Below, one piece after another: positions 9,264 to 19,015 of a stretch of DNA of 64,000 bases (position 1 is its first letter; each line of letters opens with the position of its first letter). The stretch lies in NCBI GenBank assembly GCA_965223845.1, contig CBDCXR010000004.1:2304001-2368000 (forward strand), read 5' to 3'. Under the pieces are notes generated by a model. The model was not told the DNA's origin. It saw only the letters and a program-made list of their open reading frames with translations, and did not search any database. This DNA comes from Planctomycetota bacterium. Its GTDB lineage: Bacteria > Planctomycetota > UBA8108 > SXIK01. Made by a program: the position numbers and the translations under genes.

Positions 9264-10819
9264 CCCTTCGAACCCTAGTCGCGAGCGTGGCGACCGTTTC
9301 GCTTCTCTTCCCGAGCTGCGCCGCTGCCGAGAGCGAGACCGAAGCATCGCTCCCGACGCCGGCCACGGCACCGTCGGAGGCCTCAGCCGCCGACGCGGAG
9401 ATCGCCTCCCATCCGCGGGAGCTCGAGTTTCCGCCGCTCAAGTTTTCGCCGCCATCGCGCCTCGAGCACCGCCATCGGCTCACCTCGGGCGCCATCGCGT
9501 ACGTGGTCGAAGATCACTCGCTTCCGCTGGTCGACGTTGAGGTCACGGTGCGCACCGGAAGCTATCTCGAGTCGGCGGAAAAGGCGGGCCTCGCCGGCGC
9601 GGTCGGCTACATGCTGCGAGCCGGCGGCACTCGAGAAACTCCGCCGTCGGCGTTCGATGAGGAGCTCGACTTTCTCGCCGCTCAGATGTCCACGAGCATC
9701 GGGGCGGTTGAAGGATCGGCGTCGTTCAACTGCCTCACGAAAGACCTCGATCGCGTTCTCGCCCTCTTCATGCAGATGATCCGTACGCCCGGCTTCGACG
9801 AAGAGCGCTTTTCCGTCTACCGCGCACAGCTCCTTCAGGCGCTCGAGCGACGGAACGATCGGACTGCCGGCATCGAGTCGCGCGAGTGGGGCCGACTCAT
9901 TCGCGGCGACGAGTTCTTCAGCCTCGACCGAACGACGAAGGCGAGTCTCGAGAGCTGGACCCGAGACGATCTCGCCGCCTTCCACCGTGCGACGTTCCAT
10001 CCGTCGCGCTTCGTGATCGCGGTATCGGGAGACATCGACACGAAGACGATTCTCGAGAAGCTCGACCAGCACCTTACGTCGTGGACAAATGCCGTCGAAG
10101 CGACGCCGATCGAACCGATCCCTGACGCGACGCACAACCCGAAGCCCGGGCTCTACGTCGTCCACAAGGACGGCGTCAACCAGGGGCGGGTGAGCCTGGG
10201 GCACCTCGCAGTCGAGCGCGAACACGCGGACTATGCTCCGCTCATCGTGATGAATCACATCCTCGGCGGCGGAGGGTTTACTTCGCGCATTACTTCACGC
10301 GTGCGGTCCGACAAGGGCCTAGCGTACACCGCGCGATCCGCACTCCAACTCGGCGTCCACTACGCGGGCACGTTTCGCGTGTACTTCCAATCGAAGAGCG
10401 AGTCGGTGGCCGAAGCGACGGCGACGGTGCTCGAGGAGATCGAGCGCATACGCTCGACGCCGATCACCGAGAGCGAGCTCCGGGACGCGAAGCAATACCT
10501 CGTCGGCATCTTCCCGCGCTACTTCTCGTCCGCCGTTCAAGTCGCCGGCACCTTCGCAGACGATGAGTTCACGTCGCGCCCCGCGACCCACTGGGACACC
10601 TATCGGGAGCGAATCGAGAGCGTGACGGTGGCTGACGTCCAGCGCGTCGCGAGGGACCATCTCCACCCCGACCGGCTCGTCATCCTCGCGGTCGGCGATC
10701 GCGACGCGATGCTCGCCGGGAATCCAGACGCCGCCGAATTCCAGCTCCGGAAGCTCGCTCCGGGCGATGCGGTGACCGAGATTCCGCTCCCCGACCCGCT
10801 CGAACTGGTGTATCCCTAG
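9260..10819 (+). CDS. M16 family peptidase, non-catalytic partner subunit
   Basis: M16 fold motifs (EDHSLPLV, ILGGGGFTSR, VRSDKGLAY) but no HxxEH. ATGA coupling to the upstream gene; signal peptide with possible lipobox. Confidence 0.9.
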   Translation: MTLRTLVASVATVSLLFPSCAAAESETEASLPTPATAPSEASAADAEIASHPRELEFPPLKFSPPSRLEHRHRLTSGAIAYVVEDHSLPLVDVEVTVRTGSYLESAEKAGLAGAVGYMLRAGGTRETPPSAFDEELDFLAAQMSTSIGAVEGSASFNCLTKDLDRVLALFMQMIRTPGFDEERFSVYRAQLLQALERRNDRTAGIESREWGRLIRGDEFFSLDRTTKASLESWTRDDLAAFHRATFHPSRFVIAVSGDIDTKTILEKLDQHLTSWTNAVEATPIEPIPDATHNPKPGLYVVHKDGVNQGRVSLGHLAVEREHADYAPLIVMNHILGGGGFTSRITSRVRSDKGLAYTARSALQLGVHYAGTFRVYFQSKSESVAEATATVLEEIERIRSTPITESELRDAKQYLVGIFPRYFSSAVQVAGTFADDEFTSRPATHWDTYRERIESVTVADVQRVARDHLHPDRLVILAVGDRDAMLAGNPDAAEFQLRKLAPGDAVTEIPLPDPLELVYP

Positions 10820-10869
10820 CCTGACCGGTTCCCATGCCCATTCGTTCCCGCTTCGCCGTAGGAGCCTCC

Positions 10870-11943
10870 ATGACTCGCCCCGTCACTCGTCGATCGTTCC
10901 TCACCTCGTCCGCCGCGCTCGGCGCCGGCGGTCTCTTGGTCCCTGGAAGAGCCGCCGCGGAGCCGCTTCAAGATGAGTCCGCGAAGGGGTCCGGCTCCGG
11001 ACTTCCGGTTGCGATCTCGAGCGGGAACGGTCTTCGCACCACCGATACGGCGATGCGCCTCATGCGCGAAGGCGCCGACACGCTCGACGCCGCGATCGCG
11101 GGGGTCAACATCGTCGAAGAAGATCCGGACGACATGAGCGTCGGCTACGGTGGTCTCCCCAACGAGGACGGAGTGGTGGAGCTCGATAGCTGCGTGATGC
11201 ACGGCCCGACGTACAACGCGGGTTCGGTCGCGTCGATCCGCGGAATCAAGACGCCGTCGCGCATCGCCAACCTGGTCATGAAGCGCACCGATCACGTCAT
11301 GCTCGTCGGGCCCGGGGCGCAGCGATTCGCGCGAGCACACGGCTACGAGCCCGAGAATCTCCTCACCGAAAAGGCGCGCAAGGCTTGGCTCCGGTGGAAG
11401 GAAGGTCTTTCCGATCGAGACGATTGGCTCACGCCGGAAGAGGCAGCGGCGCCGTACGAGGCCGAACGACAAACCGGGACGATCACCTGTCTAGCTCTGA
11501 GCGATCAGCGCGAGCTCTCGGGCGTCACGACGACGAGCGGACTGGCGTTCAAGATCCCCGGGCGCATCGGCGATTCACCGATCATCGGTGCCGGCCTCTA
11601 CGTCGACAACGACGTTGGCGCCTGCGGCGCGACGGGGCGCGGGGAGGCGGTGATCATCTCGAGCGGCTCGCGCATCGTCGTTGAAAACATGCGTCACGGA
11701 ATGCATCCGCGCGATGCCGTGCGCGACGTGCTGCAGCGCATCGTCAAGCAAACCGTGGACCCACGCCTCCGCACACCGTCGGGTCGGCCGGACTTCGACG
11801 TCATGCTCTACGCCGTCGACAAGCTCGGACGCTACGCCGCCGGTTCGATCTGGAGCGGTCGCAAGTTCGCGGTTCACGACGGCAAGACGAATCGACTCGA
11901 GGAAGGGCTCGCACTCTTCCCGCGGAGTGAGCGGAAGCAGTAA
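10870..11943 (+). CDS. Tat-exported Ntn-hydrolase, glycosylasparaginase/asparaginase-2 family
   Basis: Twin-arginine TRRSFL; SVGYGGLPNEDGVVELD; nucleophile region GTIT; TTTSGLAFKIPGRIGDSPIIGAG; ATGRGE. ATG at 10870 follows AGGAG. Confidence 0.9.
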   Translation: MTRPVTRRSFLTSSAALGAGGLLVPGRAAAEPLQDESAKGSGSGLPVAISSGNGLRTTDTAMRLMREGADTLDAAIAGVNIVEEDPDDMSVGYGGLPNEDGVVELDSCVMHGPTYNAGSVASIRGIKTPSRIANLVMKRTDHVMLVGPGAQRFARAHGYEPENLLTEKARKAWLRWKEGLSDRDDWLTPEEAAAPYEAERQTGTITCLALSDQRELSGVTTTSGLAFKIPGRIGDSPIIGAGLYVDNDVGACGATGRGEAVIISSGSRIVVENMRHGMHPRDAVRDVLQRIVKQTVDPRLRTPSGRPDFDVMLYAVDKLGRYAAGSIWSGRKFAVHDGKTNRLEEGLALFPRSERKQ

Positions 11944-11951
11944 CTGCTCGC

Positions 11952-12644
11952 ATGCGAGGATCGGTTTTCGTCGTCGGTCTCTTCATCGTCGCGGCGGCGG
12001 CGCTGTGCGCCGGCGCGTGGCTGTGGCGCGGAATGTGGTCGCCGCAGCGTCTCGATGAGGACGTCGCCCTCCTTCAACGAGAGATCGATCTCGCCGCCGC
12101 TCCGGGGGACATCCGTCCCGAACTCGAAGCCGCGCTCGACGAGCTCGCGGCGCACCCGCTGCGCGGAGCGGCGTGGGGTGATCTCGCGATCCTCTGCGAT
12201 CGCGCAGATCTCGTCCCACCGGCACTCTTCGCGTACCGCCAGGCGGGAGAGCTATCGCCGCGGGTGTTCCGCTATCCGTACTTTCGCGGGATTCGACTCG
12301 CCGAGATCGAATCCGCACGCGGGGCGACGCAAGCTCTCGCGGCCTTTCGGCACGCCCTGCGAATCCGTCCGAACGACCCGACGCTCCGGCTTCGGATCGC
12401 TCGCGTCCTTCTCCGCCTCGAAGAATGGGACGAAGCGGAAGCCCTGTTCGACGCGGTCCGCTCGTCCGAGCACCGCGCGGCGGCGACCGTTGGACTCGCG
12501 AGGATCGAGCTCGCTCGCGGAGAGGCTCGCGCCGCCGAAGCGCTGTTCGGATCGATCGGCACCGAACAACTCACCGCGAAGCTCGATGCCGCTATGCGAG
12601 AGCCGATCGTCGACCCCGAGCGCGCATCGATCGCGGCGCCTTAG
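11952..12644 (+). CDS. Membrane-anchored TPR-like protein
   Basis: N-terminal TM helix; TPR-like helices (ALAAFRHALRIRPNDPTLRLRIARVLL...EAEALF). Confidence 0.65.
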   Translation: MRGSVFVVGLFIVAAAALCAGAWLWRGMWSPQRLDEDVALLQREIDLAAAPGDIRPELEAALDELAAHPLRGAAWGDLAILCDRADLVPPALFAYRQAGELSPRVFRYPYFRGIRLAEIESARGATQALAAFRHALRIRPNDPTLRLRIARVLLRLEEWDEAEALFDAVRSSEHRAAATVGLARIELARGEARAAEALFGSIGTEQLTAKLDAAMREPIVDPERASIAAP

Positions 12645-12745
12645 CCGCCGGTGTCGTTGGCGCTTCCTCGCGCTACATCGTAGTCTTCTCGGTCCAGCGT
12701 CCGCACGCTGATCGACGACGTCGACCCGAGTGTCCGCATTCTCTC

Positions 12746-13183
12746 ATGCTCACCCGTCCGCACCGCCGCTCCGGCTTCACCCTCATCGAGCTGATGATCG
12801 TCGTTGCGATCATCGCGATCATCAGCGCGATCGCGATTCCGAGCCTGCTCAACTCGCGAAAGTCGGCGATCGAAGCCAAGGCGATCGGTACTCTGAAGGC
12901 GATCATCACCGGAAACGAGCAGTACCGGCTTCGCTTCGGCCGCTACGCACCGACGCCGGACATGCTCGGCACTTCGGGAATCGTGCCGGCGATGCAGGCG
13001 CCGAATTTCTTTCCCGAGTACACCGTCGTCGCCTACGCGTCGAACTCGTTCAACTGGGCGATCAGCGTGCGGCCGCAGGATCCGGGAGTGACCGCGGATC
13101 GCTCCTTCTACACGGACGTCACCGGCGTCATCCGCACGCGGAGCGGCGGGCCGGCGACGAGCACCGATCCACCGATCGATTAG
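12746..13183 (+). CDS. Type IV pilin-like protein (prepilin cleavage/N-methylation motif)
   Basis: RRSG|FTLIELMIVVAIIAIISAIAIP with Glu at +5. ATG at 12746 is in frame with track ORF 12425..13183. Confidence 0.9.
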   Translation: MLTRPHRRSGFTLIELMIVVAIIAIISAIAIPSLLNSRKSAIEAKAIGTLKAIITGNEQYRLRFGRYAPTPDMLGTSGIVPAMQAPNFFPEYTVVAYASNSFNWAISVRPQDPGVTADRSFYTDVTGVIRTRSGGPATSTDPPID

Positions 13184-13202
13184 CCCGAAGGCGTTGGGGC
13201 TA
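13181..13202. terminator. Hairpin between convergent genes (possible terminator)
   Basis: TAGCCC-N10-GGGCTA inverted repeat at the pilin stop; no clear U-tract. Confidence 0.3.
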
Positions 13203-13213
13203 GCGGGTCGAGT

Positions 13214-14029
13214 TCAACCGCGCCGTTTCACTGCCTCGTAGTAAGCGCGCCACCAACCGCGCGGATCGCGCGAGTCGTCTCCCGGCGGATACTGCGGGCT
13301 TCGGAAGCGGTTGAGGAGTGCCGCGCGGACGACCGCACCGAGCGGGAATCCGCGCCGGCGCCGGAGGCGGACGTCGGATCCACGCCGATTCGGCGCGAGA
13401 CCCGCGGCGACGTCGTCGATCATCACTCCCCGCATTCCTGGGATGTCGTAGCTGACCTCGCCCTCGTCGTCCGCGTGGACGACCGGAGCGAAGACGAGGA
13501 TCCGCAGGTCGCGGATCGATGTCGGCTCGTCGCTATCGACTTCGCGCAGCAGGCGCGGAATGAGCTGCGGCGAGACCTCCCACAGCTCGCGGTAGGCCGC
13601 GTTCGCGTCCTCGGCGTCGCGCGAGCGGAGACGATCGAGATACTCCCCGACGAGCGACTCGATCTCGATTTCGGACATTCGGACCGGGGGATCGCCTTCG
13701 TCATCTCGAGCGGTGTCATCGGAGAGCGAGATCGCGATGGGGTCGGACTCGCGAGTAGCCGTTTCGGCCGGCGTCGGAGTCGTCTCCGCCCGCGCGGTCG
13801 TCGGCGGCGCTCCTTCCGTATTCGGCGGGAGGCTGGACTCGACCCTCGGACTCCCGCGGCGCTGCCCCTCGAGCTCGAGGAAACGGCGCGGCGGCGGCGA
13901 GACGCGCACCTCGTTGAGACGGGCGAACGGATCGTTCTCGGCTGGCTCGGGCGACGCGCACCCACCGAGAAGCATCGACACGCCGAGAACAAACGAGAAG
14001 TTCGAGAACGAGACGGAAGGCGAAGACAT
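13214..14029 (-). CDS. Hypothetical lipoprotein
   Basis: Start MSSPS at 14029; hydrophobic segment with lipobox LLGGC; Pro/Thr linker; helical C-terminal part ending WWRAYY. Confidence 0.6.
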   Translation of the reverse strand: MSSPSVSFSNFSFVLGVSMLLGGCASPEPAENDPFARLNEVRVSPPPRRFLELEGQRRGSPRVESSLPPNTEGAPPTTARAETTPTPAETATRESDPIAISLSDDTARDDEGDPPVRMSEIEIESLVGEYLDRLRSRDAEDANAAYRELWEVSPQLIPRLLREVDSDEPTSIRDLRILVFAPVVHADDEGEVSYDIPGMRGVMIDDVAAGLAPNRRGSDVRLRRRRGFPLGAVVRAALLNRFRSPQYPPGDDSRDPRGWWRAYYEAVKRRG

Positions 14030-14229
14030 GAATCGAAGCGAGGAGAGCGTGGAGGAGGCGGGAGGCAGCTCAGAACGGAGCACAGAGCCGAATCGAAATC
14101 GCGTTTCGATGAGTATTGTGGCGATCCGTCGGGTTGTCGACCCCAGTTCGCTCCATCGCGTCTCGTCAGACGGACGAATTCGGCGAAACTTTCGGGCCAA
14201 CTCGGGCTCGCCGGCGGTCGATTCCCCGC

Positions 14230-14940
14230 CTACGGGCGGGCGACTCCCGGTGTGGGCTCACCGGCGTCGGCGTCGGACGCGGCGGGAACGGGCTCTCCTT
14301 CGGCCGGGGACGGTTCCCCGTGGCTGGGTGAGATCGCCGTCAGCACGTGCGGGTTTTTCTCGAGGAGAACGTCGATCAACTCCGCCTTGTAGTCCTCGGG
14401 AACGCTGCTCGCGAAGTACTTGAGAACAAGCGTCGCGTCGTTCACCGAGCGCTCGGTGCGAAAGTACTCCTTGAGGAGATTGTTCGTCTCCACGCGGTGT
14501 GTTTTGAGCTCTGCTTCTCGCTCTCGACGCGTTGTCTCGGCGAGAGCGAGCGCGTCGGTCGCCTCCCCGAGCTTCGTCCGCAGCGCGTCGGAACCCGTGG
14601 TGAGGTCCGTCTCTCGCTGCTTCGCCTGAGCGATCGCGCCCCGAAGCGCCTCGATTTCCGCTTTCGCGGATGTCGCTTCCGTCCGCGATTCGGCGAGAAG
14701 ACGATCGAGCTCGGCCTCGCGCGATTCCGCGCTCGCGAGCTTCTCGCGGAGCTCCGCCGTCGGATCGTCCGTCGCGTCCGGATCGGTCTCCTCGCGGTCA
14801 GACCCAGCGAGGTCGTCGTCCGAAACGACTGACGCGTCCGGCACCGCCCCATCGTCGGACGGAAAGAAATCAAATCCGCACGCCGCCGATAACACCACGC
14901 CCGCTAAGAGACCACAGAGAAAGAAGCCCGAGTTGTTCAT
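14230..14940 (-). CDS. Hypothetical exported or lipid-anchored coiled-coil protein
   Basis: RBS GAGGGAG; signal segment ending LSAAC; long E/K/R/A heptad region. Confidence 0.65.
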   Translation of the reverse strand: MNNSGFFLCGLLAGVVLSAACGFDFFPSDDGAVPDASVVSDDDLAGSDREETDPDATDDPTAELREKLASAESREAELDRLLAESRTEATSAKAEIEALRGAIAQAKQRETDLTTGSDALRTKLGEATDALALAETTRREREAELKTHRVETNNLLKEYFRTERSVNDATLVLKYFASSVPEDYKAELIDVLLEKNPHVLTAISPSHGEPSPAEGEPVPAASDADAGEPTPGVARP

Positions 14941-15224
14941 CGTTCGGCTCCCTCAGCTTGTGTCCACGATCGGCGGCGGCGGTGACCCGCTGGCCGGAGC
15001 TCTTCCGGTGCGAAGCCCCCCTCGCCTGCCTCGAGGACCGTCCTTTCGAACACGCCGGAGTTTCGTGACTCGGCCGTCCGGTCGTTCGCTTCACCTCAGT
15101 TCCGATCGACTGGTTCGAGGCGGGTGCGCGGAGCGCCGCGGCGGGACCGAGCCCCGGCTCGAGACGGGCGCGGATCCGCCCGCTTCGCCGATCGAACTCG
15201 ACCTCTGCCGGCCGAGAGCGGCTC

Positions 15225-15230
15225 ATTATA
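15225..15230 (-). promoter_or_regulatory. Sigma70-like -10 hexamer (TATAAT) facing gene 14230..14940
   Basis: Perfect TATAAT on the minus strand in a high-GC divergent intergenic region; no clear -35. Confidence 0.45.
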
Positions 15231-15369
15231 GGACCGTCCGTGGGGGCGTCCACGCCGTGGCCCGCGATTTTTGGTCGTTCCCCGGTCGAGCCGAAACGCT
15301 ACAATTTCGGGCGTGGCCGGTGTGCAGCGCGTCGACCCGCCGCTCGTGCACGCCGACCGCGGAGTGCGC

Positions 15370-15396
15370 GTAAAGCGAAATACAACAATACCTTAA
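15370..15396. promoter_or_regulatory. IHF-like AT-rich site (TAA-N12-CAAYANCTTR)
   Basis: GTAAAGCGAAATACAACAATACCTTAA; same spacing as the sites at 19099 and 54046. TACAAT -10-like hexamer at 15300-15305. Confidence 0.4.
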
Positions 15397-15427
15397 GACG
15401 CCTCCCGCACCGGCGAGCACCCTCCCC

Positions 15428-16111
15428 GTGGAGCCTCGAGTGAAGACGAAAGCCGGAAAGTGCGTCCGTTGCCGGGCGAAGAAGGGAAAGCGCGATTGCC
15501 CCGCCCTCGGCGAGGGGATCTGCGCGAGCTGCTGCGCGGAGCACCGCCAGCGCGAGATCGCCTGCCCGGCGAGCTGCCCTCACCTTTCGGGGGAGAACTA
15601 CCAGGCGGAGCGCCGGCAGCATCGGTGGGTTTCCCGCAGCCGCCCGTTTCTCGACCGGCTGCGGCGCCGACTCCGGTCCAAGGATCGATTCGATTTCGCG
15701 CTTCGGATCTACGTCGAGCTCTACGCCTTCTCGCGCTCGCACGGCCGCGTGGACGACAGCGAGATCGCGGACGCCCTCGACGGCCTCGGGCGCCAGCTCG
15801 GGCCAGTCATCCTTCCCGGCCCGACGAGCGATCTCGGGGAATTCCTGCGGACGCGCTTCGAAGAATCGGAATACCTGAGCGAACGTGCGGTCGTCGGTGA
15901 TCGTCACGGCGTCGTGAACGAGCTCGCGTCCCTCATTCGCACACGCCGGACGAGCGGGCACGGGACGCTGATCGACGAGCTCGAAGACGCCTTCGAGGGA
16001 CTCGATCTCGCGACGGATCTCGGCTACGACGGTCCCGTCGAATCGAGCGCGGGGCAACGGCAACGCGGTGGAAGCCCTTCCGGTCTGATCCTCCCGCCCG
16101 ACCTCTCGTGA
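15428..16111 (+). CDS. Hypothetical protein with N-terminal 8-Cys metal-binding domain
   Basis: CVRC..CPAL..ICASCC..CPASC; GTGA overlap with mqnB. Confidence 0.7.
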   Translation: MEPRVKTKAGKCVRCRAKKGKRDCPALGEGICASCCAEHRQREIACPASCPHLSGENYQAERRQHRWVSRSRPFLDRLRRRLRSKDRFDFALRIYVELYAFSRSHGRVDDSEIADALDGLGRQLGPVILPGPTSDLGEFLRTRFEESEYLSERAVVGDRHGVVNELASLIRTRRTSGHGTLIDELEDAFEGLDLATDLGYDGPVESSAGQRQRGGSPSGLILPPDLS

Positions 16112-16947
16112 CAGAGAACACGCGGTCGACGCACGACGGTGCGAGCGAATCTCTGGCCCCATCGGAGCTGGCTGCGCCGGAGACTCTTCGCGCCCCACCG
16201 GCGGTCTGCGTGCTCGGCGCCACCGCGCGCGAACTTGCTCCCCTACGAGACGCGACGCGCGAGGACGAGCACGTCACCGCGATCCGCTGGGTAGAAACGG
16301 GCGCCGGAAAAGCCCCGGCTGCGTCCGCGGCGACGGAGTGCATTCTCGTTTTCCGACCGGCGCTGGTTCTTCACGTCGGCGTTGCGGGCGTGTTTCGACG
16401 CGCCGGACTCGAGCGCGGTGACGTGGTCGCTGCCGCTGGCGAGATCTTCGCCGACGAAGGCGCGCGAGGTTCGGACGGTCGTTTCCTCGACCTCGCCGAG
16501 CTCGGTCTGTCCCTCGGCTGCGATCCGCGTCGCCGTCCGATCGAGAGCTACGTTCCGACTGCCCGCCCGTCCGACGCCGCGCGGCAGACGATCGAAGCGG
16601 CCGCCCGCGGCCGCTTCCGGTTCGCGGTAGGCCCGGGGGTCACCGTCTCGACGTGCACCGGCACGGAAGAGCGCGCCGCGGAGCTCGAGGCGCGCTGGTC
16701 GCCGGTCTTCGAAACGATGGAAGGTGCGGCGGCTGCATTCGCCGCCTGGCGCCTCGGTTGCCCGTATCTCGAGGTGCGAGGGATTTCGAATCTCGTCGGC
16801 CCGCGCGAGAGAGAAAACTGGGACATCGACGGCGCAGCGCAGAACGCGGCGGTCGTCGCAAGCGCCCTGCTTCGCGCTTGGTTCGCGGACCCGGGTGCGG
16901 TCGAGCTCGCGTCCCCGGGCGGGCCCCTCGAGCCGCCTATAGATTGA
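16108..16947 (+). CDS. mqnB: Futalosine hydrolase (PNP/MTA nucleosidase fold)
   Basis: TGAGK, VGVAG, VTVSTCTGT, ETMEGAA, EVRGISNLVGPRERENW; adjacent to mqnD. Confidence 0.88.
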   Translation: MTENTRSTHDGASESLAPSELAAPETLRAPPAVCVLGATARELAPLRDATREDEHVTAIRWVETGAGKAPAASAATECILVFRPALVLHVGVAGVFRRAGLERGDVVAAAGEIFADEGARGSDGRFLDLAELGLSLGCDPRRRPIESYVPTARPSDAARQTIEAAARGRFRFAVGPGVTVSTCTGTEERAAELEARWSPVFETMEGAAAAFAAWRLGCPYLEVRGISNLVGPRERENWDIDGAAQNAAVVASALLRAWFADPGAVELASPGGPLEPPID

Positions 16948-17163
16948 CCGCGCGTGCGATCGCGTCGAAGCGTTCGGCGGAGCATCGGAGACCGTCGAGC
17001 TCGTCGTCCCGCGTGAACGCACCGGTGAGCGACGGACCGACGAAGCCTCACACGCGGTCACGGTTTGCCCGTAGACTGTGAGCGCTCGAGGAAGTCCGAG
17101 ACCGCGTTGCTCCACCGACGCGCGGACTTCTCACAGAACGCGCGTGTTGGAAAGTCCCCGCCG

Positions 17164-18024
17164 ATGAGCAGCAGCACTCCGCCGATCCGGCTTCGCCTCG
17201 GGATCTCTCCCTGTCCCAACGACACGTTCATGTTCCACGCGCTGCTCCACGGCGAGACGCCCGCGCGCGGTGTCGAATGGGAGACGGTGTTCTGCGACAT
17301 TGAAGAGCTGAACGCGCGCGTGTTCCGTGAGGAGCTCGACGTCGCAAAGGTGTCGTTTCACGCCCTAGGATCGGCGCGCGAACGCTATGCGCTCCTCGCG
17401 ACCGGAGCGGCGCTCGGTCGGGGCTGCGGTCCCCTGCTCGTCGCCCGCGACGCGGGCGGCGCTCCGCTCGAGGAACGGCGCGTCGCGATTCCCGGCTGGA
17501 ACACGAGCGCGACTCTGCTTCTTCGACTCTTCGCGCCGGCGATCCCGCGAGAGAACCTGATCGCGATGCCGTTCGACCGCATCCTCGCGAGCTGCGAGCG
17601 CGGCGACGTCGACGCCGGTCTCATCATCCACGAGAGTCGGTTCACGTATCGCGCGCACGGACTCACCTCGATCGTCGACCTCGGCGGATGGTGGGAAGAG
17701 ACATCGGGTCTACCGATTCCGCTCGGCGGGATCACGATTCGCCGAGACTTGCCCGAAGCGATCCAGCGCGAGGTCGAGCGCGCCCTCGGGGAGAGCGTCC
17801 GGTACGCGCGAAGCCGCCCCGAAGCGAGTCGCGCCTTCGTGGAGAGTCACGCACAGGAGACCGAACGCGAGGTTCAGGCGAGGCACATCGACCTCTACGT
17901 GAACGACTTCTCGGTCGAGCTCGGAAGCGAAGGCGCCGCGGCGATCGAGGCGTTCTTCCGTGCGGCCGAAGAGCGGGAGCTCATCCCGCCGTACGCGGGC
18001 GGACTGTTCGTCGGCGACGCGTGA
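17164..18024 (+). CDS. mqnD: 1,4-dihydroxy-6-naphthoate synthase
   Basis: SPCPNDTFMF, DIEELN, GAALGRGCGP, GLIIHESRFTY, LPIPLG, HIDLYVN. Confidence 0.95.
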   Translation: MSSSTPPIRLRLGISPCPNDTFMFHALLHGETPARGVEWETVFCDIEELNARVFREELDVAKVSFHALGSARERYALLATGAALGRGCGPLLVARDAGGAPLEERRVAIPGWNTSATLLLRLFAPAIPRENLIAMPFDRILASCERGDVDAGLIIHESRFTYRAHGLTSIVDLGGWWEETSGLPIPLGGITIRRDLPEAIQREVERALGESVRYARSRPEASRAFVESHAQETEREVQARHIDLYVNDFSVELGSEGAAAIEAFFRAAEERELIPPYAGGLFVGDA

Positions 18025-18076
18025 TGCGAGGGGTCCGGGATCCTCGGAGCGACGTCCTCCGAGCGAGTCGCTTTGA

Positions 18077-19015
18077 TCAGTGCGAGAGCCCGCCCGCGTC
18101 GCAGTCGAGGCGGTCGTCCGTCGGGTCCGGCCCGTAGGCGTCGGGATCCGGAAACGGCGACGGATCGAGGAAGAGCTTGATCAAGGTGTGGATCGGGTCG
18201 GCGATGCTCAGGTGGCCGTCGTCGTTCGAATCGGCCGAATCCTGGCACGGAAAGGGCCGATCGATGCTGACGAAGAGAAGCTCGAGCGAGAAGATCGGAT
18301 CGCTGATGTCGCGGTGAAAATCGTACGTCGCATCGCCTCGCACGAAGAAGCCGACCTCACCGATGATGTTGATCCCACCGCCGAAGAGGTTCTCATCGGC
18401 GACAGGCTCGGTGGCGAGCGGCTGCGCGTCTTCGCCGGTCAAACGGACCGCGTTCTTGAAGTAGACCTCGCCGACGTCGCTTCGGACCGGACCGATGTCC
18501 TCGAAGCGGAGCTTCGAGACGCCGTCTTTCGCCTGGTCGCGCACTTTGAACCGGAGAGCGTAGACGGGAACGATCTCGCCGAGATGGCTGTTCACCGCGC
18601 GCAGATGCACCTTCTCGCCGAGCTCGATGTGGATCCAGCCCTCGCTCGCCTGGTTGCCGGCCAGGTCGTCGCGGTTGTCGGCCGAAACGATCGGCGCCGG
18701 TTGCGAGTCGACCGCCGCCGTCGGAAGGAGATTCTCGGCGGCGACGAGCCTGAGGTCCTCTTCGTCGAAGTTGACCGCGATCGAGACCGCCGAGAGCTCG
18801 ACTTTCGTCTGCACGCCAAGGCGAACGACGACTTCGCCGCCGCGGACCGCGTCCTTGAGCTGAAGGTGGTACTCGACCGGGGCCTTCGCCACCGGGACAG
18901 CCTGCGCGCTCGCCGAAGCGAACGGGAGGATCGTCGCGCCGAGGAACAAAGCGAGCGCCCGCGGGCGGAAACCTCGTCGAAACAAAGTCGCACGGCTCGA
19001 TCCGGAGCTCGTCAT
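18077..19015 (-). CDS. Secreted cohesin-like plus dockerin-like protein (putative adaptor)
   Basis: Signal peptide; cohesin-like beta-sandwich pattern (GGEVVVRL..SIAVNFD..L...LRFKV..G.SKLRF); C-terminal FVRGD..DISD...C.DSADSNDDG.LSIADPI...GPDPT.D.L.C. Confidence 0.72.
   Translation of the reverse strand: MTSSGSSRATLFRRGFRPRALALFLGATILPFASASAQAVPVAKAPVEYHLQLKDAVRGGEVVVRLGVQTKVELSAVSIAVNFDEEDLRLVAAENLLPTAAVDSQPAPIVSADNRDDLAGNQASEGWIHIELGEKVHLRAVNSHLGEIVPVYALRFKVRDQAKDGVSKLRFEDIGPVRSDVGEVYFKNAVRLTGEDAQPLATEPVADENLFGGGINIIGEVGFFVRGDATYDFHRDISDPIFSLELLFVSIDRPFPCQDSADSNDDGHLSIADPIHTLIKLFLDPSPFPDPDAYGPDPTDDRLDCDAGGLSH

Noticed and set aside
15060-15100. Minus-strand CTGAGGTGA...GAAA, resembling a hammerhead ribozyme core
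   Set aside because: Does not match CUGANGA, and the required stems are not evident.
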